Program-made: the position numbers and the translations under genes | The notes under the pieces: generated by a model | What the model saw: the letters and a program-made list of their open reading frames with translations, nothing else | Told to the model about the DNA's origin: nothing | Databases searched by the model: none | Shown: positions 1-11,322 of the stretch, one piece after another | How positions within the stretch are numbered: the stretch's first letter is position 1 | Layout of the letters: every line of letters begins with the position of its first letter | Assembly: GCA_963813715.1 (NCBI GenBank) | Contig: CAWFAK010000014.1 | Coordinates: 96,001 to 160,000 of the forward strand | DNA: 64,000 nt | Direction: 5' to 3' | DNA from: an uncultured Planctomycetaceae bacterium | Lineage (GTDB): Bacteria > Planctomycetota > Planctomycetia > Planctomycetales > Planctomycetaceae

Positions 1-192
1 AGCTCGTTCGGCGAAGCCCGCTACACGCTGCAGCCGGGCACCGCCTACAAGTTCGTGTCGACCGACCACGGCTGGGACCTGAACTCGGTGGCCGCGGTGG
101 CGGGGACCGACTCGAGCGAAACCACGACGGCCGAAGTGGCCACGACGCATTCGAGCGGAGCCAGTGCCCTGACACTGGTCAGCGGGAACTGA
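1..192 (+). CDS. 3' end of a hypothetical protein (truncated by window edge)
   Basis: Open frame 1, SSFGEARYTLQPGTAYKFVSTDHGWDL...SGN*, followed by a terminator. Confidence 0.6.
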   Translation, partial: SSFGEARYTLQPGTAYKFVSTDHGWDLNSVAAVAGTDSSETTTAEVATTHSSGASALTLVSGN

Positions 193-264
193 TTCGCCTC
201 GTTCTGTAAACGACCGAGACGAACGGATCCTGACCTCGCACGACTCTCCCACAACACGAACCAC

Positions 265-305
265 ACGGGGCCGTCGCCCAACGCGACCGGCCCCGTTTCT
301 TTTTG
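265..305 (+). terminator. Intrinsic terminator
   Basis: ACGGGGCCGTCGC-loop-GCGACCGGCCCCGT followed by TTCTTTTTT. Confidence 0.8.
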
Positions 306-493
306 CGCCGGTGTGGCTCACGGAATCCAATTCGCCGGCGATCCGCGCCCGCTTGAATTGGACTGGCTCTCCCGCGAGACTGCTGGACACGTTCGCCTCA
401 CGTCGCCGCTCTTCATTCTCCGAACGGTCGCCCGCGTTTTGCTCGATTGGAAAATCTGAGACGACCGGAGAATTCAGCGCGAAAATTTGCCTT

Positions 494-599
494 GGGTGCC
501 ACGGTTGAGCTTGCTCAACCGTGCTCTTAACAGTTCAGCAACCGTCATCAGCAGCCGGAAAGAGCACGGCTGAGCCGAAGCGTCTCAGCCGTGGCACCC
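494..599. repeat. Inverted pair of REP-like palindromes (family A)
   Basis: GGGTGCCACGGTTGAGCTTGCTCAACCGTGCTCTT ... AAGAGCACGGCTGAGCCGAAGCGTCTCAGCCGTGGCACCC. Confidence 0.75.
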
Positions 600-634
600 G
601 ATTTTCCGGATGTCCTCGATTGGAGAATCGCATC

Positions 635-1636
635 ATGCCACGTAGTCTGCGCTCTGTCGGCTTGGCTGTGCTCTTGCTGACCTTCTCGCTGACGGTCGCT
701 CAGGCCCAGCAGCGGCGGCCGTATTCCATCCGCCTGACGACATCACCTTCCGGAAGGCGACGATTTTCAGCGAGGGGACACGGATGGCCGCCGAGGTCTT
801 TTCGCCAAAGGGCGGCGGCGAAAAAAAGCTGCCCGACGATCGTCATGTCGCACGGTTGGGGCGGGACGGCTTCCGCTCTGCGGTCCGATGCGGTCTTTTT
901 CGCCCGCCACGGTTATCTGGTCGTGACGTTCGACTACCGCGGCTGGGGGCGCGAGCGATTCGCGGGTGATTTTGACGAAGCCGCAGCCGTCGCGCACCGC
1001 CGACTTACGATTCACGGCCGAAGTGCTCGAAGTCCGCGAGGTCGTCGACCCGATCGACCAGACGGCCGACATCCTGAATGCGGTGAACTGGGTCTATGGC
1101 GAGCCCAATTGCGATCGCCAGCGGATCGGCCTGTGGGGCAGCAGCTACTCGGGCGGTCACGTGGTCTATGTCGCCGCCCGCGATCCGCGGATCAAGGCGC
1201 TCGTGAGCCAGGTGCCGGCCCTCGACTCGCGTCCGGTCGCCCTCGCCGAAGGCGCCGGGAGACGACGTTCAACGAAGCGGCCGCCCGCGCGCACGGCGAC
1301 CTGGGCTATCCGCCGCCGGGAGCCCGCGTCATCGGCAACCTTCGCGGTGCACCGATCCGCGAGAAACTCATGCAATATGCCCCGGTCGAAGACGTGGCCC
1401 GCGCCAAGCAGTGCGCGATGCTCTTCGTGCTGGCCGAGAGGGAGGAACTCTTCGACAACAAGGACCACGGCCTCAAAGCCTACGAACGCGCGACGGGCCC
1501 GAAAAAACTGGTCATCGTCCCCAAGATCAAGCACTACGGCATCTACCTCGAAGCCCGCAAGCAGGCCCAACAACTGGCCCTCGACTGGTTCGACGCGCAT
1601 TTGAAGAACGCAGCAGAGGAGAAAGCTGGAGGCTGA
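635..1636 (+). CDS. Secreted alpha/beta-fold hydrolase, frameshifted
   Basis: Signal peptide, HGWGG, FDYRGWG, GLWGSSYSGG nucleophile elbow, spread over several frames. Confidence 0.8.
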   Translation: MPRSLRSVGLAVLLLTFSLTVAQAQQRRPYSIRLTTSPSGRRRFSARGHGWPPRSFRQRAAAKKSCPTIVMSHGWGGTASALRSDAVFFARHGYLVVTFDYRGWGRERFAGDFDEAAAVAHRRLTIHGRSARSPRGRRPDRPDGRHPECGELGLWRAQLRSPADRPVGQQLLGRSRGLCRRPRSADQGAREPGAGPRLASGRPRRRRRETTFNEAAARAHGDLGYPPPGARVIGNLRGAPIREKLMQYAPVEDVARAKQCAMLFVLAEREELFDNKDHGLKAYERATGPKKLVIVPKIKHYGIYLEARKQAQQLALDWFDAHLKNAAEEKAGG

Positions 1637-1783
1637 GCTTCGCAGCCGGCGATTCTGGTGCGCTGATCACGGCTCCGATCGAGTGCCGCTTGACACTCGA
1701 GAAAGAATCGCCCTCCGCTTCATCGGTTCTCTATAATCGTTCGGAGAAGATTTGTGTCACCAGGTGCTTGAGACTGCCGCGCC

Positions 1784-2323
1784 ATGAAGTCGATCACGAA
1801 GGCGGATTGGGTCATCATGATCAGCGTCACGCTGATCGTCGCGGTGGTGCGATACAACTTCGCATTCGAGCAGTTTCTCACGCGATCCTTTGGATTCCCG
1901 GACGGGAGTGTGCTCGGGGAGGGGCCGGGTAACAATCCGCCGTTTTATTTTCTGCGCCAGGATGCGATGGACGGGCTGTGTGCCGGGATCGCCATGGGCT
2001 TGGCGCTCGTGCTCGTCGCCGTCACGTGGAAGCGTTATCGACGAGCGAGCTCGATGGCGTTTTTCATGGCCTGGATTTGGTGTATGCCGGGCCTGGTTCG
2101 GGGGCTGATCATCTGGTGGCGGTGTCCGCATCTCATGGATCCGCAGCGCGCGGTCTCGGCGTGGCCGACCTTCGATGCGTGGATGAACGATCCGCTGCAT
2201 TGGGCGGCGATGTTTATTGCGCTCGCGCTGGGAGTGGGCTGGGCGTTCCTGTGTCGGAAGTCCGTTAACGCGCAGCCGCCGGCTGACTCCGCGCTGCCGA
2301 CCGCCGTCGGTTCAACAGTTTGA
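1784..2323 (+). CDS. Hypothetical membrane protein
   Basis: 179 aa with about 4 hydrophobic segments. Confidence 0.6.
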   Translation: MKSITKADWVIMISVTLIVAVVRYNFAFEQFLTRSFGFPDGSVLGEGPGNNPPFYFLRQDAMDGLCAGIAMGLALVLVAVTWKRYRRASSMAFFMAWIWCMPGLVRGLIIWWRCPHLMDPQRAVSAWPTFDAWMNDPLHWAAMFIALALGVGWAFLCRKSVNAQPPADSALPTAVGSTV

Positions 2324-2607
2324 GCCGTCGGCGCATGAGTCGAGATTGAGTGGCTGCGGCAAGAACGAGTACGCAGGATGGCGTCGGTAGGCCAACCCAA
2401 GTTGCGCAGGCGCCCGAACTGTTCAAACGCGCAGGTAAATTGGGGGTTTTTCGCGCTCGGGCGCGTGGTTCGCGAAGAACCAGCCCCTTGAATTGCGGCG
2501 CCCTTTAATTGACAATCGACGGACCAACCCATCCGCGCGGGCCGTCGGCGTTCCCCTTCCACTACGTGCGCCGACGTCAGGCATGGCTCTTGAATGGAGC
2601 TCTGGCC

Positions 2608-5132
2608 ATGTTTAGCAGCCCCACCGACAGTTCGTTCCTGCGAGCTGCCGCGTCTCAGTCGTCGATTCGACTGAAGGAAGTACGCGATCGGCTCGACTCG
2701 GTGGTCGATTATGTCGTCGATGGCATTATCACGATCGACGACGGCGGTTTGATCGAAACGCTCAACCCGTCTGCTGAAAAACTTTTCGGCTACACCGCCG
2801 CCGAGCTGATCGGCCGCAGCGTGAGCCTGCTCGTTTCGGCCCCGCCCGACAGGGGCGAAGACAGCGACGACGTGCTGCCCGCGCCCAAAGTCCGCCTGGC
2901 GGAAATCGCCGGCACCGGGCGGGAGGTCGTCGGCCGCCGCAAGGACGACTCGATTTTCCCGATCGACCTGGCCGTCAGCTCGTTTTCCCGCGGCGGCCGG
3001 GAGTTTTTCACCGGCATCATCCGCGACATCTCCGAGCGCAAGAAACTCGAATTCGAACAGCACGAGGCGCACGACAAACTGCAGGAGGCCAACGAGCGAT
3101 TGCGCTCGGTCGTCGATTACGTGGTCGACGGCATCGTCACGATCGACGAGCGGGGAACCATTGCTTCGTGGAACCGTTCGGCCGAGGGAATCTTCGGCTA
3201 CGCGGCCGCGGAGATGATCGGCGAAAACATCGCCCGCCTGATGCCCGAGCCGCATCGTAGCGAGCACGATGAGCATCTGGCGACCTACGCGGAAACGGGA
3301 ATCGCCAAGGTCGTCGGCATCAATCGCGAAATGCTGGCCCAACGGAAGGACGGCACGATTTTTCCGATCGACCTGGCCGTCAGCGAATACGTGCTCCAGG
3401 GGAAACGGCTTTTCACCGGCATCATTCGCGATATCACCGAGCGGAAGCGGGCCGACGAGCGGACCAAGTTTCTGGTGAGCGCGACGGCGCTACTGACGAG
3501 CGTCGTCGATGCGTCGAGCCTGCTCACGCGGATCGCCAAGCTGCCTGTGCCGGGCTTTGCCGATTGGTGCATCGTCGATCTGTGTGGTCCGCGCGCCGAT
3601 CACGGTGCGGCCACGGTCGCCAAGTGGGCCGTCGCCCACGCCGACGCGGAGCAAAAGCCGATCTTGCGGCGACTCAAGAAACGACTCCCCGACACCTTCG
3701 GATCTGGGACGATCGTGGGGTCGGTGCTGCGGCACGGCAAGTCGCGCTTGGTGGTCGACGCGATGAATCCGTTCGAGTACGCGGAACCGTCGACTCCCGA
3801 GGATCGCGACTTGCTCTGCGGGCTCGACTCGCAATCGATGATTTGCGTGCCGTTGGCCACGCACCGCGTGACGTTCGGGGCGATCACGTTCGTGCTCTCC
3901 GGCACGTCGCGCAGGTATGACGAGGCGGACCTGGCGACGGCCGAGGACTTTGCCCAGCGGGCTTCGATCGCCATCGAGAACGCGCGACTCTACGAAGAGG
4001 CCAAGGAGGCCGACCGCCGCAAAGACGAATTCTTGGCGACCTTGGCTCACGAGCTGCGTAATCCGCTGGCTCCCGTCCGTAACGCGCTCGAGATCGCCCG
4101 CACGCCCGACATCGACGGCCGCGTGGCCGAGCGGGCCCTGACGGTGATCGATCGGCAGGTCGACCACATGGTGCGGCTCGTCGACGATCTGCTTGATTTG
4201 TCGCGGCTGATGCGGGGCAAGATTCAACTCCGACCCGAGCGGCTCTTGCTCAAGGACGTCATCGCCCGCTCGATCGAAACGGCCCGCCCGCTGATCGACC
4301 GGTACGGACATAAATTAGAGGTGAGCGTGCCGAAGGGACCGGTGGCCCTGTTCGCCGATCCGGTTCGTCTCGAGCAGATTATCTCCAACCTGCTCGACAA
4401 CGCGGCCAAGTACACCGAGCGGGGCGGCGTGATCAAACTGCGGGCCAAGGCCCACGGGGACGAAGTGGTGATCAAAGTGCGCGACACGGGGATCGGCATC
4501 GATCCCAAGCTGTTGCCCCATCTCTTCGACCTGTTTCGACAGGCCGAGTCGTCGATCGACCGTTCGCGCGGCGGGCTGGGCATCGGCTTGACGCTGGTCC
4601 GCCGCCTGGTCGACATTCACGGCGGCACGGTCGAGGCGCGGAGCGAAGGGCCGGGGACGGGGGCGGAATTCGTCGTCCGCCTGCCGTTGCACAAGGAGCT
4701 GCGCCGGCGCCGGAGATCATTCGCACCGATTCGGGGCGCATCGTCGAACCGCAGTTTCGCATCCTGGTGGTGGACGACAATGTCGACGCGGCCGAAATGC
4801 TCTCGACCATGCTGCGACTCGACGGCCATCGCGTCTGGATGGTGCACGACGGGAAGGCGGCCCTCGACGCGGCCCAGGCCTATCGTCCGGAAGTCATTCT
4901 GCTCGACATCGGCCTGCCGGAACTCAACGGCTACGAAGTGGCCAAGTGGCTCCGCGCGCACGAGAAGAATCGGCACGTCACGATCATCGCCATGACGGGC
5001 TACGGCCAGGAGCGCGACTGCCAGCGCTCGCTCGACGCCGGCTGCGACGCCCACCTCACCAAGCCGGTTGCCCCGCAAGCGCTCCGCACGTTTCTGCGGG
5101 ACCTGAGCGAGAAGGCGATGCAGAAGTCGTGA
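2608..5132 (+). CDS. Hybrid sensor histidine kinase PAS-PAS-GAF-HisKA-HATPase-REC (frameshift near 4710)
   Basis: Two PAS domains ending FTGIIRDI; FLATLAHELRNPL H-box; NLLDNAAKYT; GLGIGL; receiver VVDDN...LLDIGLP in the next frame. Confidence 0.9.
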
Positions 5133-5255
5133 CGGCGCGTCGCGTCTTTGTTTTCGGCAGGTCTTACAGTGTGACGAGCGCAACAGCGTGAAGAGCGCTA
5201 CAGGCGTTACTTTCGTCAACGGAGACGCGGCTGCTGGAAAAAAGGGCTCGCTCAA

Positions 5256-5816
5256 TCAATGACGGGCGCTGCGACCTCCCCCTTCTAGCACCGGCACAAT
5301 GCTTTTCACTTTCAGTCTCGTTTCCCGGTCCTCGGCCAAAATCCAAAAGTGGAAGTTGCTGTCGGGAGTGTCCCGGCTCCAATAGGCAAGTCGCAGGTCT
5401 CTGCGAAAGAAGCCACCTTTGCCGTTGTCAACCTTGTCCGTCTGGTAGACGGTTTGGCCGTCGAGCGGAACTATGGACGTGCCGATCGTCGGAACGTTGA
5501 TTGGGACGGCGGCACGGAAATGGTCGACGCCACGACGAACTGCCACTTGAACCTCACACTTGTAGGTGCTGGGCGTGTAGGGCAGTGCATAAAAGACGAT
5601 GCCGTTCCCTTGGAGGAACGTGTACCCGCCCCCCTGATTGGCGTAATAAGTGAGAATTCCAACCTTCTTGGGCTGTGCGTCTTTGAGTTTGGCGAGTCGG
5701 GAATCATTTTCGGGAGCGACAGTCGAGAAGTCAGCAGCGGGCGGAGTCCGCCTGTCGTCGGCGACGACGGAAGACATCAATCCAATCGAGAGCGCGGCGG
5801 CAATCAGTGGTTTCAT
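5256..5816 (-). CDS. Secreted hypothetical protein
   Basis: MKPLIAAALSIGL signal-peptide-like start. Confidence 0.55.
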   Translation of the reverse strand: MKPLIAAALSIGLMSSVVADDRRTPPAADFSTVAPENDSRLAKLKDAQPKKVGILTYYANQGGGYTFLQGNGIVFYALPYTPSTYKCEVQVAVRRGVDHFRAAVPINVPTIGTSIVPLDGQTVYQTDKVDNGKGGFFRRDLRLAYWSRDTPDSNFHFWILAEDRETRLKVKSIVPVLEGGGRSARH

Positions 5817-6042
5817 CGCGCGTGCTTTGCATGAGGTGCGAACGTCACTCGCATAAGTGACTCCGTTCACTGCGGCAAGCTTAGTCGACTCCCCTCGCAA
5901 CCGCCAACAATTGCCACACGGCTTTGAGCTGTCGCTCGGCCTCCTTCCGCCCGGTGGACTGGCGCAAAGCCAGATGCTACAAAGCGGTTGGCACACATCG
6001 GCATTCATGCATATGTCGATGCGATCACGGGAGCGACAGGTC

Positions 6043-7386
6043 ATGTTTACGATCCCGCAGAGCGGCATCTCGGGCCATTGCGACGGAGTCACCCGCCGGA
6101 GCTTTCTCGAGGCCGGGGCGCTGGCACTGGGCGGATTGACGTTAGCGGACGTGGTCCGCTGCCGGGCCGAAACCGCGAACCCCGCAAAATCGCGGCAGAC
6201 GTCGGTGATCATGGTGCATCTCAGCGGCGGGCCGTCGCATCTCGACATGTACGACATGAAGCCCGAAGCCCCGCGCGAATATCGTGGCGACTTCAGCCCG
6301 ATTCGCACCAACGTCCCCGGGATCGAGATCTGCGAACTGATGCCGATGCAGGCGAAGATCGCCGACAAGTTCGCGATCCTCCGCGGCTGCCAGCTGGCCA
6401 ACCTTCATACCGGCAACGCCTTCTATAGCGGCTATGCCTGGCAGGAATCACCCCGCGCGTCGGTGCCGGGCGAAGCCCAACGTCCGGCGCTGGGTTCGGT
6501 CGTGAGTCGGCTGCGACCCAGCGGCCCCGGCGTGCCGACCTACGTCAGCGTCGACAACCCGCCCGACTGGGAACGAGCTTACTACGTCGGCCTCGAGCAT
6601 GAGCCATTCCGCGTCGGCGGAGGCAGCAGCCCGGAGGCGTTCGAGAACATGGGGCGGCGACGGCAAGTCAGCGTTTCACGGCTCGAAAGTCGCAACGAGC
6701 TGCTCCACCGGTTCGACGCGCTGTGCCGCAACTTGGAAGAGAACGCGACGATGAAGGGGATCGACGCCTTTCAGAGCCGGGCGCTCGAGATTGTTGCCTC
6801 GGGCAAGGTGCGAAAAGCGTTCGAGATCGAAAGGGAGCCGCAGCACATCCGCGCCCGTTATGGAGAAGGCGCCTGTCCGAACGGCACTCAGTGCGGTCGA
6901 TCGCTCCTCTTGGCCCGGCGACTCGTGGAAGCCGGCGTGTCGGTGGTGACGCAGTGCTTCTCCGGCTGGGACACGCACCGTGAGAATTTTAGCACGCTGC
7001 GCGGGATGCTTCCGCCGCTCGACCAGGCGCTCTACGGTTTGATCACGGACCTGGACGAGCGAGGACTGCTCGCCGACGTCGCGGTGTTGGTGGGCGGCGA
7101 GTTCGGCCGCACGCCGCGGATCGGCGATCTCACGGCGGACGGGCGGGGCCATTGGCCCGAGGCCGGCTTTCTGTGGATCGCCGGCGGCGGACTCAAGACG
7201 GGACAGATCATCGGCGAAACCGACGCGCGGGGCGAAAAAGTCGTCGGCAGCCCGATCCAGATCCAGAACGTGTTGGCGGCTCTGTATCACGTTCTGGGCA
7301 TCGACCCGGCGACCACGCTCCGCGACTATCGCGGCCGGCCGCAGTACGTGCTCGAACGGCGGAGTCCAATCGCTGGGCTGATCTGA
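6043..7386 (+). CDS. DUF1501 domain protein
   Basis: TRRSFL Tat-like motif, GGPSHLDMYDMKP, LARRLVEAGV, GEFGRTP, GRGHW. Confidence 0.9.
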   Translation: MFTIPQSGISGHCDGVTRRSFLEAGALALGGLTLADVVRCRAETANPAKSRQTSVIMVHLSGGPSHLDMYDMKPEAPREYRGDFSPIRTNVPGIEICELMPMQAKIADKFAILRGCQLANLHTGNAFYSGYAWQESPRASVPGEAQRPALGSVVSRLRPSGPGVPTYVSVDNPPDWERAYYVGLEHEPFRVGGGSSPEAFENMGRRRQVSVSRLESRNELLHRFDALCRNLEENATMKGIDAFQSRALEIVASGKVRKAFEIEREPQHIRARYGEGACPNGTQCGRSLLLARRLVEAGVSVVTQCFSGWDTHRENFSTLRGMLPPLDQALYGLITDLDERGLLADVAVLVGGEFGRTPRIGDLTADGRGHWPEAGFLWIAGGGLKTGQIIGETDARGEKVVGSPIQIQNVLAALYHVLGIDPATTLRDYRGRPQYVLERRSPIAGLI

Positions 7387-7407
7387 AGTCGCCCGCGCGG
7401 GCTGACT

Positions 7408-7839
7408 CTAACGGAGCACCTGGCCGTTAACAGCCGCCGCCACTGCGTTGGCCGGATCGACGCGGCTCGCTTCTATTTGGGCCAGCATTTTGAGCAGTTT
7501 TTTTTGCATGGCCGCGGCCGTGGGTGGCTTGATCAGATAATCGGTGACGCCCGATTCGACGGCCGCCATGACTTCCTCACGTTCGTTCGCGGACGTGAGC
7601 ATGATGATGGGCACCTGCGAGTCGAGCTTGCGGACTTCTTGCACGAACGTCACGCCGTCCATGACCGGCATCCGCAGGTCGGTAACGATTCCACGGCACC
7701 CAAAGGTCTTGAAGCACGCCAGACCCTTCTCGCCATCCTCCGCCTGGAAGATCTCCTCCTCGCGAACCCCGAGCGCCATGAGGTTGCGTTTTAGGATCAA
7801 GCGGACCAATGCCGTGTCGTCGACGATCAGAATGTTCAT
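7408..7839 (-). CDS. CheY-like single-domain response regulator
   Basis: MNILIVDD...TDLRMPVMDG...YLIKP. Confidence 0.9.
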   Translation of the reverse strand: MNILIVDDTALVRLILKRNLMALGVREEEIFQAEDGEKGLACFKTFGCRGIVTDLRMPVMDGVTFVQEVRKLDSQVPIIMLTSANEREEVMAAVESGVTDYLIKPPTAAAMQKKLLKMLAQIEASRVDPANAVAAAVNGQVLR

Positions 7840-8127
7840 GGCAGCTATTCGCGGAATACGGGTCAGCCAGAATGGATCGTACGACACTCCAGATGGGGAT
7901 TCGGGCGAACAGTACCCAGATCGCGATGCTGCGCGCATCGTCGGCGTAAAAAAACTTGCCTTTGCCGGTTGTGAGCAAGGAAGTGGGCTGGATGCCGCCG
8001 CTGAGAGGAGTGGTCGCAACGAGCGTGCGGGTCGATCGGGTGAGTGGGCCGCCGCGACAACTTACGAGAGCAGAATTATGCAACAGTCTTAGCCGCGGAA
8101 CGTTCGCGGACCGCAAGTTCTTGAGCG

Positions 8128-8166
8128 CAAAAAAAGACACCGAGCGATGGGCCGCGGCGTCTTTTT
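8128..8166 (-). terminator. Intrinsic terminator just outside the island junction
   Basis: Minus strand GACGCCG...CGGTGTC followed by T7; T-run on the other strand too. Confidence 0.65.
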
Positions 8167-8256
8167 GGGTGGGGCGGGAAGCGTGCGTGGGTTCCCGCCG
8201 CACAAGGCTCCCCGAGGCGGTCTCAACTCGAACCAGGATTCGTTGAGCGCGGAACC

Positions 8257-8494
8257 TTGCGTCTCAAGAGGTTACGACGAAAGGCCGTCATCGTGTTCTT
8301 CCCCTGGAACGGTTCCATCGAACCAGAACCGAAGGTTGCAGCGACTCCAAAGGATCCCCGTGATCCGCTCAAGCTCGCTCGCTACTACCAGTCGCTGCTC
8401 GACTCTGGCAAGTTCGAGAACCGGGCGGCACTTGCCCGCTTTCTCGGCGTCAGCCGGGGCAAGGGTGACGCAGGTGTTGCGGAGACTTCGGTGA
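8257..8494 (+). CDS. Small HTH protein next to the att site (frameshift near 8457)
   Basis: LARYYQSLLDSGKFENRAALARFLGVSR/ARVTQVLRRLR helix-turn-helix. Confidence 0.6.
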
Positions 8495-8537
8495 AAACCA
8501 AAAAACGCTCGATCGAGTATCCGATCGCGGATCGGAT

Positions 8538-9115
8538 TCAACACGTTGCCTTCTTGACATGGTTGCTCGACCGATTTGTCAGGATGGCGCTCGTAATCAC
8601 GTTAACGAGGTGGTCCGCCCGTGACGCGAATGCGGGTTGGCCGGCGAGCCAGGCGAGCGCCGACATCAATGCGAACAGGTCCTCCCCATCCATATCGGCG
8701 CGCGCCGTTCCCTCGGTTTGAGCACGGAGCAGTAGTCGCGCGCCCGCATCGTGCAGCGCTGTGCTTGAAGCATGGAGCGCGGAATCAGGGTCCGCGTGGC
8801 GCTCGCCATCAAGTCGCAGACGCCGCCGTAGGTATGAGTGAATTCCACCCCTTCGCGAAACCAGGACACCAGTGCTTCGTCGGGTGGACTCGACGTTTCG
8901 AGTTCGGCTGCCCGCTGCGTCAGTGCGTCCCCTTTCGTACACAGCAACGCTTCGAACAAGGCTTCTCGCGTCGGGAAATGGCGAAAAAGTGTGGCCAACC
9001 CGACGTTGGCCCGGCGGGCGATATCTCGCATGGACGCGTCGGCACCATGCTCGGTGACGACGTCGCGCGCGACCGCAAGTAGATGGCTGTAGTTTTTTCT
9101 GGCGTCGGCTCGCAT
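8538..9115 (-). CDS. TetR/AcrR family regulator (frameshifted)
   Basis: MRADARKN...IARRANVGLATLFRHFPTREAL. Confidence 0.9.
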
Positions 9116-9123
9116 GGTTTGCC

Positions 9124-9179
9124 TTGACAAACGGATCAGTGATCCGTATAGTGGATTCGGTATCTGGATCAGTGATCCA
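9124..9179 (+). promoter_or_regulatory. Sigma70 promoter with two palindromic operators (probable TetR sites)
   Basis: TTGACA(9124)-17 bp-TATAGT(9147); ACGGATCAGTGATCCGT 9131-9147 and TGGATCAGTGATCCA 9165-9179. Confidence 0.85.
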
Positions 9180-9243
9180 ATTATACATTTCATTTACGCA
9201 GCTGGGAATAGAGATGTTGTCCAACACGACAAAAGGAGAAGTC

Positions 9244-9993
9244 ATGGGAAAGCTTGAGGGTAAGGTTGCGGTCATAACTGGTGGCAACAGCGGGATTGGC
9301 TTGGCCACAGCCAAGCGCTTCGTGGAAGAAGGTGCGCACGTCGTGATCACTGGCCGACGAGAGAAAGAGCTGAAAGAGGCCGCAGCCTTGATCGGGAGAA
9401 ATGTCACGACGGTCGCGGGCGACATATCGCGCTTGGAGGATCTGGACCGGCTCTATGCCGTCGTAAAAGAGAAGCACGGTCACATCGACGTCCTCTTCGC
9501 AAATGCCGGCTGGGGTGAAGTCGCACCGCTCGAGACGGCTACCGAAGCTCATTTCGACAAAACCTTCGACTTAAATGCGAAGGGAACGTTCTTCACGGTG
9601 CAGAAGGCCCTTCCCCTCTTCAAAGACGGCGGCTCGATCATCCTGACCTCTTCAGTCGCGAACGTAAGGGGAGATTTAGCCTTTACCGCCTACGCCGCCA
9701 GCAAGGCGGCCGTGCGCTGCTTCGCTCGCGGCTGGACGATGGAGCTAAAGAATCGGAAGATTCGCGTGAATTCGATGAGTCCTGGCCCAATCGAAACTCC
9801 GGCTTTGGAGAACGCGGGCCTTACCGCTGAACAGGTGAAACAGGCGGCCGCTCAGTTCGCCTCGGAAGTTCCGCTCGGCCGCAGAGGTAAGCCCGAAGAA
9901 GTCGCTGCCGCCGTTTTGTTCCTCGCCTCCGATGAAAGTTCTTTCATCACCGGTGTCGATCTCGCCGTCGATGGAGGTATGGCGCAAGTCTGA
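9244..9993 (+). CDS. SDR family oxidoreductase
   Basis: TGGNSGIG, ANAG, YAASK. Confidence 0.95.
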   Translation: MGKLEGKVAVITGGNSGIGLATAKRFVEEGAHVVITGRREKELKEAAALIGRNVTTVAGDISRLEDLDRLYAVVKEKHGHIDVLFANAGWGEVAPLETATEAHFDKTFDLNAKGTFFTVQKALPLFKDGGSIILTSSVANVRGDLAFTAYAASKAAVRCFARGWTMELKNRKIRVNSMSPGPIETPALENAGLTAEQVKQAAAQFASEVPLGRRGKPEEVAAAVLFLASDESSFITGVDLAVDGGMAQV

Positions 9994-10048
9994 TCCCGGC
10001 GCGGTCGCTTCTCAAACTTTAGTTCTCACACGAAATCGGAGAAACCTT

Positions 10049-10651
10049 ATGAGCTATGCGATCGTAGGATTCGGCAAGATAGGCCAGGCCCTGGCCCGCG
10101 CCTTCGCCCGTAAAAACATCGACGTGACCGTCGCGAGCCGCCGGCCGCCCGAGGCCTTGGCATCGGAGGCTCGGGCGATTGGACCCGCGGTCGTCGCCAA
10201 GTCGCTGCAAGAGGCGCTCAAGGCAGACACAATCATCCTAGCAATCCCGTTCGGGGAGCACCGCGAGGTTGCGAAGGCCCTGTCGAACTGGAAAGGCAAG
10301 ACGCTCATCGACGCGATGAACTCGTTTCCACTCCCACCTGAGGAACTGGACGGTCTCCCGTCCTCCGCCTTCGTTGCGAAGTCGTTCGCCAGCGCCAAGT
10401 TGGTGAAGGGTTTTAATCACCTGGTTGCAGCCATCCTGGCTACCGATCCAATCGTCGAGGGCGGCCACCGGGTCGTCTTCCTGTCGAGCGACGACGAGGA
10501 CGCGATCGCTCCCGTAGCGGATTTGGCCAAACAACTCGGGTTCGCACCCGTCAAGCTGGGAAAGCTCAACGAGGGTGGTGCGCTGGTGCACGCCCGCGGC
10601 CGCACTTGGGGTCAGCTCATCTTCCAGGATCTGTTCAAGAAGCAGCAGTAA
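10049..10651 (+). CDS. NADPH-dependent F420 reductase-like oxidoreductase
   Basis: GFGKIG Rossmann motif, IDAMN, VKGFNH. Confidence 0.85.
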   Translation: MSYAIVGFGKIGQALARAFARKNIDVTVASRRPPEALASEARAIGPAVVAKSLQEALKADTIILAIPFGEHREVAKALSNWKGKTLIDAMNSFPLPPEELDGLPSSAFVAKSFASAKLVKGFNHLVAAILATDPIVEGGHRVVFLSSDDEDAIAPVADLAKQLGFAPVKLGKLNEGGALVHARGRTWGQLIFQDLFKKQQ

Positions 10652-10746
10652 CCGAGCTACGACGGTGTGATTTGGCCCGAGTAGTACGATTCCAAAACGT
10701 CCGACTAGATCGAACAGGTTCTGATGTGGGGGAAAAGGAGATTTCG

Positions 10747-11163
10747 ATGAGCATCGAAAAGAATGTCCAGATTGTTAAGAATTTTCTTGCGGCACTCGGC
10801 CGCCGCGATAAGCAAGGTTTGCTGGCGTTGTCTGCCGAAGATATTGAGTGGATCATTCCGGGCGAGGACTGGCCACTGGCCGGCAAACACCGAGGGCACG
10901 CGGGATTGGAGAATTTACTTCGGAAAGCTAACGAAACGGTGGAGACTTCCTACCCAGAGCCCCCCGAGTTCATAGCGCAGGGAGACCGGGTTCTGGTCAT
11001 CGGCTTCGCTACGGGCAGGATCAAAGCCACGAATAAGACGTTCGAGGACCATTGGGTCTTCGCCATTATCGTCCGAAATGGCAAATTGACGAACGTCCGG
11101 GAGTATATCGACACGCAAGCACTGGCGCGGGCCTCCGAGATGGACGCGAGCCCCAGACCCTGA
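10747..11163 (+). CDS. SnoaL/NTF2-like protein
   Basis: LSAEDIEW...HRGH...VRNGKLTNVREYIDT. Confidence 0.85.
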   Translation: MSIEKNVQIVKNFLAALGRRDKQGLLALSAEDIEWIIPGEDWPLAGKHRGHAGLENLLRKANETVETSYPEPPEFIAQGDRVLVIGFATGRIKATNKTFEDHWVFAIIVRNGKLTNVREYIDTQALARASEMDASPRP

Positions 11164-11322
11164 CCCATCAAGACCGATACCCCAGGAAACGATTCCTAGA
11201 GTCGACGAATACGTTGAACAGCGGCAACGCCTTCTGAACCGTAAACAGTGTCCCGTACTGGCGGCACCCAGAGGTCGCGAAGGCACGGGCAAGCTGGAAG
11301 GGCAAGGTAGGTACGATCACGG

